A stretch of DNA of 64,000 bases from an uncultured virus (IMG/VR IMGVR_UViG_3300010262_000228) (taxonomy: Duplodnaviria; Heunggongvirae; Uroviricota; Caudoviricetes): the IMG/VR virus record IMGVR_UViG_3300010262_000228, one strand, 5' to 3'. How positions within the stretch are numbered: position 1 is the stretch's first letter; every line of letters starts with the position of its first letter. This document shows positions 29,864 to 39,145 of this stretch, in pieces. The notes under the pieces were generated by a model. The model was not told the DNA's origin. It saw nothing but the letters and a program-made list of their open reading frames with translations, and did no database searches. Position numbers and translations under genes: made by a program.

Positions 29864-31420
29864 ATGCTGCCAGTGATAAAGAAAATATTATTATGGATGT
29901 TGTCCGGGCTGCTGCTGATCTGCGGCTTGGCCTTTATGCCTAGCATCAGTAGTATTCTGTTTTTGGCTGTTGCCATTCTGCTGTTGCCGGTGAACAAACT
30001 GCAAAATGTGCTCAAGAACGTGTTCCCGCGCAAAAAACTCAAAGGAATACTATGTGCAGTATTGGCAGTCATCGCCATTATCGCCTCACCAACGGATACT
30101 CCTACCAATAATGCGGAACTACCTGCTCAATCCGGAAGTAGTCAGGTTATTCAAGGGGATTTGGATAGCGAATTACCGGAACATGATGTTTCCGCAAGTA
30201 CAGAGCCGAATGATCAACAAAATGCGGTTATTCTCCCTGCCGAAGAAAACTTAAACGAAAAAGTTGATCCTCCGCAGGGATCGTCACCGGAAGCATCATC
30301 TACTCCCACGGACGATACCCAAGATGCGACTACTGCCCCGCAGGAACCAGAGCAAACGCCTGGAGCTGGAGCAGCAATTCCGCTTGAGTCCACTTTCGAA
30401 GTTCATTTTATCGATGTCGGCCAAGCTGATGCAGCCTTGGTGCTCTGTGATGGTCATGCTATGCTGATTGATGGCGGCAACAGCGGCGATAGTAGCCTGA
30501 TATATTCCTACTTAAAGAACCACGAGATTTCATACCTTGATGTAGTTGTCGCAACACATGGCCACGAAGATCATGTCGGTGGATTGTCCGGTGCGCTGAA
30601 TTTTGCTTCGGTCGGTAAAGCATATTGTTCAGTGACCAGTTACGATAGCGATGCCTTCAATGACTTTGTGAAGTATTTGGGCAAGCACGATACAACCATC
30701 ACTGTACCTAAACCCGGAGACACATTCCAATTAGGCAGTGCAGATGTGCAAATTGTTGGAGTTGACGGGAATGCCGCTGATCATAACAACAGCTCGATTG
30801 TACTCCGCATCGAATACGGCGAGACATCCTTCCTCTTTACGGGAGATGCTGAACGTGAAGCTGAGCAGACAATTTTAAGTTCTGGTTACGAAATTGAAAG
30901 CACCGTCCTTAAAGTGGGTCATCACGGAAGTGACAGCTCCACAAGCTATGTTTTCCTCAGAGAAGTTGCCCCACAATACGGTGTCATATCTGTTGGTGAA
31001 GGCAACAGTTATGGGCATCCAACTGAAGACGCATTGAGTCGCCTGCGGGATGCCGATGTAACTGTGTATAGGACGGATTTGCAAGGAACGATCGTTTGCA
31101 CGAGCGATGGCGAAAATGTTTCTTTCTCTGTTTCCAAGAACAAGGATGCGGACACATTGGCCCCTCCCAGTAAGACACAATCAACTGTAGTTACTCCCAC
31201 TATTCCGACTCCCCCAGCTCAAACGGACGATTCTGGAGATGAAGATACTGGTTCCGTGACGGTGACAGACTATGTAGGAAATAAAAACACAAAGAAGTTC
31301 CACTATGACTGGTGCGGAAGCGTTGGGAAGATGAAAGAAAGCAATAAGTATTATTACACCGGCACGAGAGACGAGATGATCGCAAAAGGATACAAACCTT
31401 GCGGTAATTGTAATCCATGA
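29864..31420 (+). CDS. Membrane-anchored ComEC/Rec2-type metallo-beta-lactamase-fold nuclease with C-terminal Ada-like Zn domain
   Basis: FIDVGQAD, HGHEDHVGG, FTGDAE, KVGHHGS, YGHP; C-terminal KFH...C...GYKPCGNCNP. Confidence 0.85.
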   Translation: MLPVIKKILLWMLSGLLLICGLAFMPSISSILFLAVAILLLPVNKLQNVLKNVFPRKKLKGILCAVLAVIAIIASPTDTPTNNAELPAQSGSSQVIQGDLDSELPEHDVSASTEPNDQQNAVILPAEENLNEKVDPPQGSSPEASSTPTDDTQDATTAPQEPEQTPGAGAAIPLESTFEVHFIDVGQADAALVLCDGHAMLIDGGNSGDSSLIYSYLKNHEISYLDVVVATHGHEDHVGGLSGALNFASVGKAYCSVTSYDSDAFNDFVKYLGKHDTTITVPKPGDTFQLGSADVQIVGVDGNAADHNNSSIVLRIEYGETSFLFTGDAEREAEQTILSSGYEIESTVLKVGHHGSDSSTSYVFLREVAPQYGVISVGEGNSYGHPTEDALSRLRDADVTVYRTDLQGTIVCTSDGENVSFSVSKNKDADTLAPPSKTQSTVVTPTIPTPPAQTDDSGDEDTGSVTVTDYVGNKNTKKFHYDWCGSVGKMKESNKYYYTGTRDEMIAKGYKPCGNCNP

Positions 31421-31480
31421 TGACTTTCTACCAGGAAGGGGAGAATACTTATAAAAATTAACATTTCTCATGATGACGAA

Positions 31481-31963
31481 TTGAACGAGCTTGGATACGA
31501 GCATCCTGCGAGGATAATAGTGCGTACATTCACGGGAAAAGAGTATTCTTTTAGTGCGGAGGATTGTTGGCAAGAGGGTTTGGAAGGATTAACGATTAGG
31601 CGAAACAGACTGTTCTATCTTTTCTCGGATGCAGAAATTACCTCACCACGTGGTCTTGCGGCTGTGTTCTACTTTATTGATATTTGGGAAAGTTGGCCTG
31701 ATATAGTATTCCCTACATTCGATTTTCTCTGCGGACAGATACCAGTTGAAGACTATGTTGAGTTGATGAAAGCAGGCAACAATCACATAAAATCTGCATT
31801 AACAGGCATTGATGTCAATAATTGTACTCGAGGACAAGTAATGTCAGCTATAGAGCCTTATATTCCCGCGTATTCTGACGAGCTTATTAAACCCTATATT
31901 AAATTTTTCGAAGAAGTAAATAGTTTGGGGGAAATCGCCACGATTGATATTACAATATATTGA
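31481..31963 (+). CDS. Hypothetical protein (start uncertain)
   Basis: 160-aa ORF ending just before a strong terminator. Confidence 0.5.
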   Translation: MNELGYEHPARIIVRTFTGKEYSFSAEDCWQEGLEGLTIRRNRLFYLFSDAEITSPRGLAAVFYFIDIWESWPDIVFPTFDFLCGQIPVEDYVELMKAGNNHIKSALTGIDVNNCTRGQVMSAIEPYIPAYSDELIKPYIKFFEEVNSLGEIATIDITIY

Positions 31964-31968
31964 TTTCC

Positions 31969-32013
31969 AATAACGAAGAAAGGCTTGCAACAGGCAAGCC
32001 TTTCTTCATTATT
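31969..32013. terminator. Bidirectional terminator-like hairpin
   Basis: AATAACGAAGAAAGGCTTGC / GCAAGCCTTTCTTCATTATT. Confidence 0.7.
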
Positions 32014-32046
32014 TATTGGGGAAAATATAAAGTCAGGTAGACAGGT

Positions 32047-32330
32047 ATGAGAAAATAGAGTTGGAACATTTCGAAAGGCTACTTCCATACCGCTCATCCG
32101 GTAACCTTTTGTATGCAGTAGGACGAATATCTCCGTCTGGTGGCTAAATGGTGCTTGACCTTGTCAGACACTACAGCACAAAAACGGAAAACTGTGGAAC
32201 GAAATATCCGAACAGCCTTTGCCATTGCTTGGAAACGAGATCATCCTCTACCTAAAGCGCGCTTGCTCAAAAAATCTTGAGAGATGTCCGCGCTCCACAG
32301 AGTTCCTTGCGCACCTTTTCACGCTGTTCA
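32047..32330 (+). pseudogene. Degraded Spo0A C-terminal-domain regulator
   Basis: Hand translation KGYFHTAH...Q*DEYLRLVAKW...KTVERNIRTAFAIAWKR, then PRSTEFLAHL in another frame; internal stop and frameshift. Confidence 0.65.
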
Positions 32331-32366
32331 GCCTAAAGCGCTTATGACGGGAGGACAGGAACAGCC

Positions 32367-32636
32367 ATGAAACTTACGCAAGATAAAACAGGTTTCCGGC
32401 CAGCACTCTTCTGGAACCTTCTGATAATTCTTTTCAGCTACCGTCTGCAAATGCCTATTACTGAAGTGATGGTTTTTCCAGATGGAAATGGCTATTATGT
32501 CTGTCCTAGGTGCCACATAACCGTGGAACGGGAATTTATGTCCTTTTGTGACCGATGTGGCCAACACTTAGGATGGAAAGGCTACAAAAAGGCCAGAAAG
32601 ATCTATCCTGGACAACACAATTCAGTACATACCTGA
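32367..32636 (+). CDS. Small zinc-ribbon protein
   Basis: CPRC...CDRCGQ.L.W. Confidence 0.7.
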   Translation: MKLTQDKTGFRPALFWNLLIILFSYRLQMPITEVMVFPDGNGYYVCPRCHITVEREFMSFCDRCGQHLGWKGYKKARKIYPGQHNSVHT

Positions 32637-32737
32637 TGTGCTGAAGTAAGGTCGCTCCATCTGCAACTGTTTATGTTTCATTTGAATCTTACGATATTTA
32701 TACATCGGTCAGTTGGAATCGCATTAGAGCATGTATT

Positions 32738-32771
32738 AGACAAGCCGCACAGCGTGCTGTGCGGCTTGTCT
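32738..32771. terminator. Hairpin between convergent genes
   Basis: Perfect 16-bp inverted repeat AGACAAGCCGCACAGC / GCTGTGCGGCTTGTCT. Confidence 0.55.
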
Positions 32772-32785
32772 GCGGCAGAATGGCC

Positions 32786-33301
32786 TTATGACGGTATCAT
32801 TGCCCGTTTCGTGGTTCGCTTCATAGGCTTTGCATTGGATTTCTGAGAATTCCAATACAGCTTTTCGATGTAGTCTTCTTCCCGACCCACGGCTTCGCCA
32901 TAGTTTACATGTGCGCCGAACGCAGTCCAGCTACACACGAAATAAGTGCCTTCCGGCGAGAGCTCAGAGGTGTAACACTGGTTGACCATACCATGTTTGC
33001 CGTAGCAAAGATAAATTGCTCTGCAGAGCGGAGACTGCTCTGGCTCCGGCAACCCAATGCGGAACATCATCATCGAACCATTGCGGCCTGCACAAAGCCG
33101 ATGCGACACGGAAAACTGTTCTGCGGTATAGGGGCAGTGATAATCAGGATTTGCCGCTTCTGCTTTGGCATAGAATCCGCGAATTGTCTGCCCAGATCCA
33201 TTCATTAACGAAAGCATCAACTGCGCACCGCTCTGAAAGAATGCGTTCGGAATAGCCTTATGTTCCAGATAATAGCGCGCCTGCAACTCCAACGGTGTCA
33301 T
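32786..33301 (-). CDS. Hypothetical protein
   Basis: Start MTPLELQ overlaps upstream HTH stop; AAGGGGG RBS. Confidence 0.65.
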   Translation of the reverse strand: MTPLELQARYYLEHKAIPNAFFQSGAQLMLSLMNGSGQTIRGFYAKAEAANPDYHCPYTAEQFSVSHRLCAGRNGSMMMFRIGLPEPEQSPLCRAIYLCYGKHGMVNQCYTSELSPEGTYFVCSWTAFGAHVNYGEAVGREEDYIEKLYWNSQKSNAKPMKRTTKRAMIPS

Positions 33302-33507
33302 TGGCTTACCCCCTTTTCTGCGAAGAAATCTGCCAGCGAAATGTTGAGTCCAGCGCAAATCAATTCGATGGTATCCACTGTCAACTGACTACCACGCTTC
33401 TCTGCGCTTTTCAGGGTATTGTATGAAACATCGCAAATGGCAGATAAATCATAAAACGTGAGGTTCCGCTCGTTCGCAAGTTCCTTTACCCGTGCAATTG
33501 TGTTCAT
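33298..33507 (-). CDS. XRE-family HTH protein
   Basis: RVKELANERNLT...TIELICAGLNISLADFF. Confidence 0.85.
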   Translation of the reverse strand: MNTIARVKELANERNLTFYDLSAICDVSYNTLKSAEKRGSQLTVDTIELICAGLNISLADFFAEKGVSQ

Positions 33508-33595
33508 GTATCAACCCCACCTTTCTGATAAATGAGCGAACCGCTGATTAGAACAGCTTCATTCTATAACAAGAGCAGTCCGATAAAACGTACAA

Positions 33596-34417
33596 TCAAA
33601 GCACTCGACCAATGATTTTGAGCTCCGTTTCCGGTGTGATGACCTTGGGAGGATAATCCTTGTTGTAGGAAACCAGAATCGGCTGCATATGCAGACACCC
33701 AGTGCTGTCCAGGTAAGCATCTCGGATGCTCTCGTCCGGTTCCTGCTCATCATACATTTTCAGGAAGCCCTCACCATCGCAGACAAAAATACCAACTTCG
33801 CCAACAGCGAGGTTGCTGCATTGCTGAACCCAGACTATCTGGCCGTCATGGTAGACCGGCTCCATACTATCGCCAGAAACACGAATGCCGAACTCCGCAC
33901 CTGCAGGAACAGAATTCTCAGGGAACGAAACCATCTCAAAATTACCTTCATCAAGGAAGGCACCAGTACCTGCTGATACAGAAAGATTGCTGACAGCGTA
34001 ATCAGCATACTTGAGAACATTTACAATCTTGGGCTGCGGCTTATACTTCCCAGAGGCAATCAGGTCATCACGGTAGGCTCGTACCTTCTGCTGTCCCAAA
34101 TCGTTGAGCAGCGGAGTATAGTCAGCGCAGAAATAAGATAAATCCAGCTCCATATCAAGCGCATGGCAAATTGCGACCAACTGATACGCATTGGGGAGAG
34201 CTTTTCCGCGAACCCACTTACTGACACCGTTGGGAGACATGGTGACTCCGTAGATTTTCAGCAGGTCGCTGAACTCGTTCATACTCAGACCAGCCTTGCG
34301 TCGGGCCTCGTCAATTTTAGAGCCAATTACATTTGCTTCTCTTTCATGGTCCGCATTGTATGCGGAGCTCTTTGCAGAGGGAAAAGATATCACTTTGGAT
34401 TCTGTGTCTTTCTTCAT
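33596..34417 (-). CDS. LexA/CI-like repressor (XRE HTH + S24 peptidase)
   Basis: HTH; VSAG cleavage site; RVSGDSMEP catalytic Ser; FLK catalytic Lys. Confidence 0.88.
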   Translation of the reverse strand: MKKDTESKVISFPSAKSSAYNADHEREANVIGSKIDEARRKAGLSMNEFSDLLKIYGVTMSPNGVSKWVRGKALPNAYQLVAICHALDMELDLSYFCADYTPLLNDLGQQKVRAYRDDLIASGKYKPQPKIVNVLKYADYAVSNLSVSAGTGAFLDEGNFEMVSFPENSVPAGAEFGIRVSGDSMEPVYHDGQIVWVQQCSNLAVGEVGIFVCDGEGFLKMYDEQEPDESIRDAYLDSTGCLHMQPILVSYNKDYPPKVITPETELKIIGRVL

Positions 34418-34447
34418 AGCACAACCATCCTCTCTGTTTATGCTCAC

Positions 34448-34538
34448 AGTATATATGGGAAAACACTCCTTGTCAAGCAAAATCGGATAAATACTCCGCA
34501 AATGCGTATTTGACAAGGATACATAATCCGTTTATGAT
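34448..34538. promoter_or_regulatory. Back-to-back near-consensus promoters for repressor and dinB operon
   Basis: Plus: TTGACA (34510)-17-TATGAT (34533); minus: TTGACA (34476-34471)-17-TATACT. Confidence 0.8.
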
Positions 34539-34571
34539 AGAGGCACACCAAATGAGAGGGGGTGGCCGGAC

Positions 34572-35813
34572 ATGGTTTCTCGGCGTGGGATCTTGCATAG
34601 CGATATGAACGCCTTTTATGCCTCTGTTGAGATGATGCTCAATCCGACATTAAAGGGAAAGCCAGTTGCTGTGTGTGGATCGACGGAAGAACGCCACGGG
34701 ATTGTACTTGCCAAATCAGACTTGGCGAAGAAGGCCGGAGTTAAGACTGGTATGGTAAATTGGGAAGCAAGGAGGCTCTGCCCAGGACTGATTGTCGTAC
34801 CGCCCCAGTACGATCAGTACCTGAAATACTCCAAACTCGCTCACGACATCTATCGGCGTTATACCGACCTGGTGGAGCCATTCGGCATGGATGAGTGCTG
34901 GCTTGATGTAACAGGCAGCGATATATATGGCTCTGCCATGGAAATTGCCCAAGCCATTCGTCAGGCCACCAAAGACGAACTTGGTCTGACCGTCAGTATC
35001 GGTGTGTCGTTCAACAAGATCTTTGCCAAGCTTGGCTCGGATATGAAAAAGCCTGATGCTATCACGGAAATCTGTGAAGATGACTTCAGAGAAAGAATAT
35101 GGCCGCTGGATGCTTCTGAACTTCTCTATGTAGGCAGAGCAACCGAGGCCAAGCTTTCTAAATACGGTATCCGCACCATTGGAGATTTGGCAAATACCAA
35201 TCCCGACACGCTTCGATATATGCTCGGGATCAACGGCCTGAAACTCTGGCACTTTGCCAATGGAACAGACACTTCCCGCGTTATGCCCTACGACTATGTC
35301 AGCCCCGTTAAGTCTGTTGGTCATGGCATCACCTGCACAGCGGATCTGGAAACGCCGGAAGAAGTCTATCGGGTCATGCTTGAGTTAAGCCAGGACATTG
35401 GTCATCGGCTCCGCGTTCACGAGCTTATGGCATGTGGTGTGCAGATTTACATCCGCTCCAATGATTTGTATGGAAACCAGTATCAATGCAAACTCCCGTT
35501 CCGGACTCAGCTTCCCAACGAGATTGCCAACGCAGGATTTAACCTCTTTGTGGATCGGTACAAGTGGACAAACCGTGTCCGCGCAGTCACAATCCGTGGC
35601 ATCGACTTAGTCCCAAAGAAAGAAGCGGAACAGCTCTCAATGTTTGTGGACACAAAGAAGCGAGATCGCCGAGTTCGGTTGGAAGATGCCGTCGAGGACA
35701 TTCGCAGACGGTTCGGGAAACACGCCTTGACCTATGCCTGTCTGATGGGCGATTTAAAAATGCCCGATGACGGACGGCATATTGTGACCATGCCAGGTCT
35801 CATGTATCAGTAA
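34572..35813 (+). CDS. dinB: Y-family DNA polymerase (DinB/UvrX-like)
   Basis: HSDMNAFYASVE, GMDECWLD, SIGVSFNKIFAKLGSD.KKP. Confidence 0.92.
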   Translation: MVSRRGILHSDMNAFYASVEMMLNPTLKGKPVAVCGSTEERHGIVLAKSDLAKKAGVKTGMVNWEARRLCPGLIVVPPQYDQYLKYSKLAHDIYRRYTDLVEPFGMDECWLDVTGSDIYGSAMEIAQAIRQATKDELGLTVSIGVSFNKIFAKLGSDMKKPDAITEICEDDFRERIWPLDASELLYVGRATEAKLSKYGIRTIGDLANTNPDTLRYMLGINGLKLWHFANGTDTSRVMPYDYVSPVKSVGHGITCTADLETPEEVYRVMLELSQDIGHRLRVHELMACGVQIYIRSNDLYGNQYQCKLPFRTQLPNEIANAGFNLFVDRYKWTNRVRAVTIRGIDLVPKKEAEQLSMFVDTKKRDRRVRLEDAVEDIRRRFGKHALTYACLMGDLKMPDDGRHIVTMPGLMYQ

Positions 35814-35827
35814 AGGGGGTATCTACC

Positions 35828-36142
35828 TTGTTCGATCTTTCTCGGATTCAGCCGTACATGGATAACCACGGCTATATCACCAATCCTTCAACAAATGAAG
35901 AAGTTGAAATCAAAAACCTATTTGCGACAGTGGTCAGCTCTGTTGAGAGATTCCAACACCTTGGTATTCGCAAAGGCGCACGCCTGATTTTCAATGTTGC
36001 AGCGCCTTTTGAGGACGGAAAGCTGTCCTGCTTCGCAGATTTGTCCATCCCGAAGAAGCCTAAATTGCAGTTATCCACTTCTGCAGTGGACGGCTGTGAA
36101 TATGTGGGACAACTGCTCTGCTACATCAACCGCTATGACTAA
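35828..36142 (+). CDS. Hypothetical protein in dinB operon
   Basis: AAGGGGG RBS before TTG; fills the operon gap. Confidence 0.55.
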   Translation: MFDLSRIQPYMDNHGYITNPSTNEEVEIKNLFATVVSSVERFQHLGIRKGARLIFNVAAPFEDGKLSCFADLSIPKKPKLQLSTSAVDGCEYVGQLLCYINRYD

Positions 36143-36160
36143 GATGGAGGCTTAAAATCC

Positions 36161-36418
36161 ATGGAACCTCAATTCCATAAAGTGGTGGTCAAGGTGCTGG
36201 TCAGCATCGCTACCGATAGGACGAAGACACCTATCTCCCTAACCTTTGAAGACGGGAAAGAATACATCATTGATCGTGTGCGCGGCAGACAAAGAGCCGC
36301 TGCAACGAAGGTTGGTGGAACAGGCATCCGCTACACGATTGTCGTAGGCGGTCGGCAAACCTACCTGTTTGAAGATGAGGATGAGTGGTTTGTCGAAGCC
36401 AAAAACCTACATGTATGA
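36161..36418 (+). CDS. Small beta-rich protein accompanying the Y-family polymerase
   Basis: EDG..Y.IDRV...AA.KVGG.GIRY...LFE...WFVE; GGAGG RBS. Confidence 0.7.
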   Translation: MEPQFHKVVVKVLVSIATDRTKTPISLTFEDGKEYIIDRVRGRQRAAATKVGGTGIRYTIVVGGRQTYLFEDEDEWFVEAKNLHV

Positions 36419-36437
36419 CCCCAAGGAGGATTATGTA

Positions 36438-37193
36438 TTGAAATATCTATCCCGCAATGATTTGGAGCTCATAGGGAACCGAGTCATTACAGCCTATAGG
36501 AAGTTACCCGAGGTAGCCGCAGCTCCCTTCACTCGAGTGGATATTGATTACCTCGTAGAAACGCTGCTTGGCCTGCGAGTAGACTATCAGCATCTGTCCC
36601 GAAACCGAACTTATCTGGGTGCGACATCCTATGAAGAAATCGGCATCGAAGTTTTTCCAGATGATGTCGAAGATGATGTATCTTTCTATATGTTAGATGG
36701 AAAAACGCTGCTGATAGAAAGCGACTTGATGCTTAAAGGTGCTTGCATTGGCCGACGAAATTTCACCGTCGCTCACGAGGGATGCCATCACATCCTGCGA
36801 ATGCTATTCCCGAAGTGCTACGGCGTGGGCGCTAAAAATCGCAAAGTCCACTACTTTCGTAGCGGGAAGGCAAGCAATCACGACTGGGAGGAATGGCAGG
36901 TCGATGTACTGGCATCAACGCTTCTGCTTCCCTCAGAATGTGTTTACAACAATATGAGAGCCTTTGGTCTGGGTGGCGAGATGCGCTTGCTCAACCGGGT
37001 GTTTGCTCCCAGAGAATATGTCTGCTTTGAAGAAATGGCTGCACACATGGGCGTATCTAAAACCGCATTATCTATTCGTATGCAGCGGTTGGGACTACTC
37101 AAAAGGAGCGACCTTGGTGATCCCTACGCCCTCGTCAGAATCGAAAACACGGAGGAAGAAACCATATGGCAGAACAACAAATGCGTGTCATAA
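36438..37193 (+). CDS. ImmA/IrrE-family metallopeptidase
   Basis: RRNFTVAHEGCHH (HExxH), EEWQVD..ASTLLLP, C-terminal HTH; AGGAGG before TTG 36438. Confidence 0.85.
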   Translation: MKYLSRNDLELIGNRVITAYRKLPEVAAAPFTRVDIDYLVETLLGLRVDYQHLSRNRTYLGATSYEEIGIEVFPDDVEDDVSFYMLDGKTLLIESDLMLKGACIGRRNFTVAHEGCHHILRMLFPKCYGVGAKNRKVHYFRSGKASNHDWEEWQVDVLASTLLLPSECVYNNMRAFGLGGEMRLLNRVFAPREYVCFEEMAAHMGVSKTALSIRMQRLGLLKRSDLGDPYALVRIENTEEETIWQNNKCVS

Positions 37194-37357
37194 AAAAGTG
37201 TCCGAAATGCGATTGGCGCATTCTTGATAAGGTCACTCCAACAAGCGGCATTATTGAATTGAAATGCCCTAACTGTAAAAAGATCGTGCCGGTCGATCTC
37301 AGCAATCGCATTGCTCGACCGCGGCAGATCCACTACCGCATCGCTTGTAGAATATAA
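37166..37357 (+). CDS. Small zinc-ribbon protein (Mu Com-like spacing)
   Basis: CPKC..RI.D......IELKCPNC; GGAGG RBS. Confidence 0.65.
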   Translation: MAEQQMRVIKKCPKCDWRILDKVTPTSGIIELKCPNCKKIVPVDLSNRIARPRQIHYRIACRI

Positions 37358-37440
37358 GAACATATCCAACTATAACAGAATAAAGGAGCTGAATGCACCG
37401 AGCCACGGGTCCTTAGACTAAGTCTATGAGTCACCAAATT

Positions 37441-37510
37441 GCCGGGCATTGAGATGAACGGGTAGCCGAAAGGCGTACCTCTTCTTCTCAATGCCCGGCT
37501 TTTTTATTTC
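37441..37510 (+). terminator. Long terminator/attenuator hairpin upstream of sigma-like gene
   Basis: 14-bp stem GCCGGGCATTGAGA / TCTCAATGCCCGGC, inner GCC-GAAA-GGC hairpin, then T6. Confidence 0.75.
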
Positions 37511-37631
37511 TGTTGCCGCCTAACTGGAGGTAACAATGCTGGCAACTCATTGGGAGCCGTATCTCGCTAAATACCCGTGATCTCCGGATTTGATTCCTAC
37601 CAATCAAATCCACAACAAAAGGAGATCACAA

Positions 37632-38177
37632 ATGTCAAAACAGTATTTCGTCTGGAAAGACCCCAACTGCAATGGAATCAACCCCGAATGGATCGAGATG
37701 ACTCCCAAGGAGTTCTATTTGTTCCGTAAGAAACCAAAGAACCGCTCCCGCCTGTTCGTCATTCTGGACGATGGTGGCTGCGATGAAGCTGGAGTCCTGA
37801 TCATGGAAGCATCCAAGGAATGCTACGACGCATGGAGAAAGGAGTATCGCGCCGCATTAAGGCGAAAGAAGCACAACGATGCATTTGGCGCCGTTATTCT
37901 CTCCCTCGATGCGCTTCTCGGTACCGATGATGACCTGCTGGGTCACGATGTCGTTCCAGCAGATCAGGAAAGCGTGGAGTCTCAAGTTGAGCATCAATTG
38001 GATTTGGAGCGGCTTCGCACCTTCCTGAACACCCTATCCGACGAGGAAATGGAAATCATCAATGCGTTGTTTCTCTGCAATCCGGATGAGTTAAGTGAGC
38101 GTGAAATCGCCAGAAGGCTCGGTGTTCCTCAGAAAACACTAAACTGCGCCAAGCAGCGAATTTTCAAAAAATTCTAA
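37632..38177 (+). CDS. Sigma-70 region 4 domain activator (Tn916 Orf7-like)
   Basis: ILSLD, L..LSDEE..II.ALF...SEREIARRLGVPQKT. Confidence 0.8.
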   Translation: MSKQYFVWKDPNCNGINPEWIEMTPKEFYLFRKKPKNRSRLFVILDDGGCDEAGVLIMEASKECYDAWRKEYRAALRRKKHNDAFGAVILSLDALLGTDDDLLGHDVVPADQESVESQVEHQLDLERLRTFLNTLSDEEMEIINALFLCNPDELSEREIARRLGVPQKTLNCAKQRIFKKF

Positions 38178-38199
38178 AAAACTTTTCGCTCAAAGCGCG

Positions 38200-38612
38200 A
38201 AACAGTTGGCCAGTAAGAGAGTAGAGGGCGAAGTCCCTCTTTGAATCTTGAAAACTTCATACACATTCACTAAGTACGTGAAATCTGGTGCGTGAGAACG
38301 CAAGCCACTGTAGCGGGTACGCCATGACTCCTGAAAGGGACGAGCGAGAACACCTTCTGCGAGTGTCGGGTTGCCCCCGGCATGGCCATGACAGCCAGAT
38401 ACTTCAAAGCTACTCCCGTCTTGAACGCGTCACTGCATTGGGCGGCTCTGTGAGATCCACAGTTGGGGTGAGACTCCCGTGAGGCAGGTAAGCAGCCTGC
38501 CGCTTAGTGATTTCCCTGTACATTCGGGGTGTCGTGGACAAATGGAATGTAAATACACCAAAACGATTATGCGGGGAGGGCAACCTCCACAGGTCTGCCC
38601 TCCCCGTTTACT
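38200..38612 (+). ncRNA. Candidate structured RNA or long leader downstream of sigma-like gene
   Basis: About 500 nt without a credible ORF; GNRA-capped hairpins at 38289-38302 and 38329-38340, several more stems, closing hairpin 38571-38607. Confidence 0.5.
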
Positions 38613-38695
38613 AAACCAGATTTCTGAGTTTAGCAAAGGAATCTAAATACATGGATGCCCTTGCTAAGACCAGAAAACAGAAAGGAAGATGAAAA

Positions 38696-39145
38696 ATGCG
38701 AACAATCAAGGCGATTACATACCACATCAAGAACTGCGGCGACGAGATTAAACCCGCCTACGAGCAGATCGGACTCTACCCACACAAGCAGCGGGTGGAG
38801 TACAAGAGTCCGAACCTGCTTGGGAGCATCGTCAATGCTGATTGCAGCCTGCTCTACCTTTTATGGCGTCAGTTGGTGGACTCCTACGAGGAACATTGCT
38901 TTGATGAAGCGACCTGCCATGAACGGTTTAGCACGGAAGCTCAGTTCGAGAGCTGGGCACGACAGACCTCGTTTCATGATGAAGATGTCACTTGGGAAGT
39001 TGCCATTCATCATATCTCGGGCGAAATCGAAAAGTTTATCTGCTGTGGCACCGCTCCTGTCCCTGTGATTTTAGAGGAGGTCACTCAGGTACTGAAGGCA
39101 CGATATCCGCAACTTGATGAATTACAGGAGGAAGATCACAGATGA
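38696..39145 (+). CDS. Hypothetical protein
   Basis: 149 aa, AAGGA RBS, coupled to next gene. Confidence 0.65.
   Translation: MRTIKAITYHIKNCGDEIKPAYEQIGLYPHKQRVEYKSPNLLGSIVNADCSLLYLLWRQLVDSYEEHCFDEATCHERFSTEAQFESWARQTSFHDEDVTWEVAIHHISGEIEKFICCGTAPVPVILEEVTQVLKARYPQLDELQEEDHR

Noticed and set aside
29864..31420. Beta-lactam resistance gene or full competence channel
   Set aside because: Motifs are those of the ComEC-type MBL nuclease domain; the multi-TM competence domain is absent.
38178..38695. Group II intron or tRNA
   Set aside because: No recognisable domain V, intron ends, RT gene or cloverleaf.
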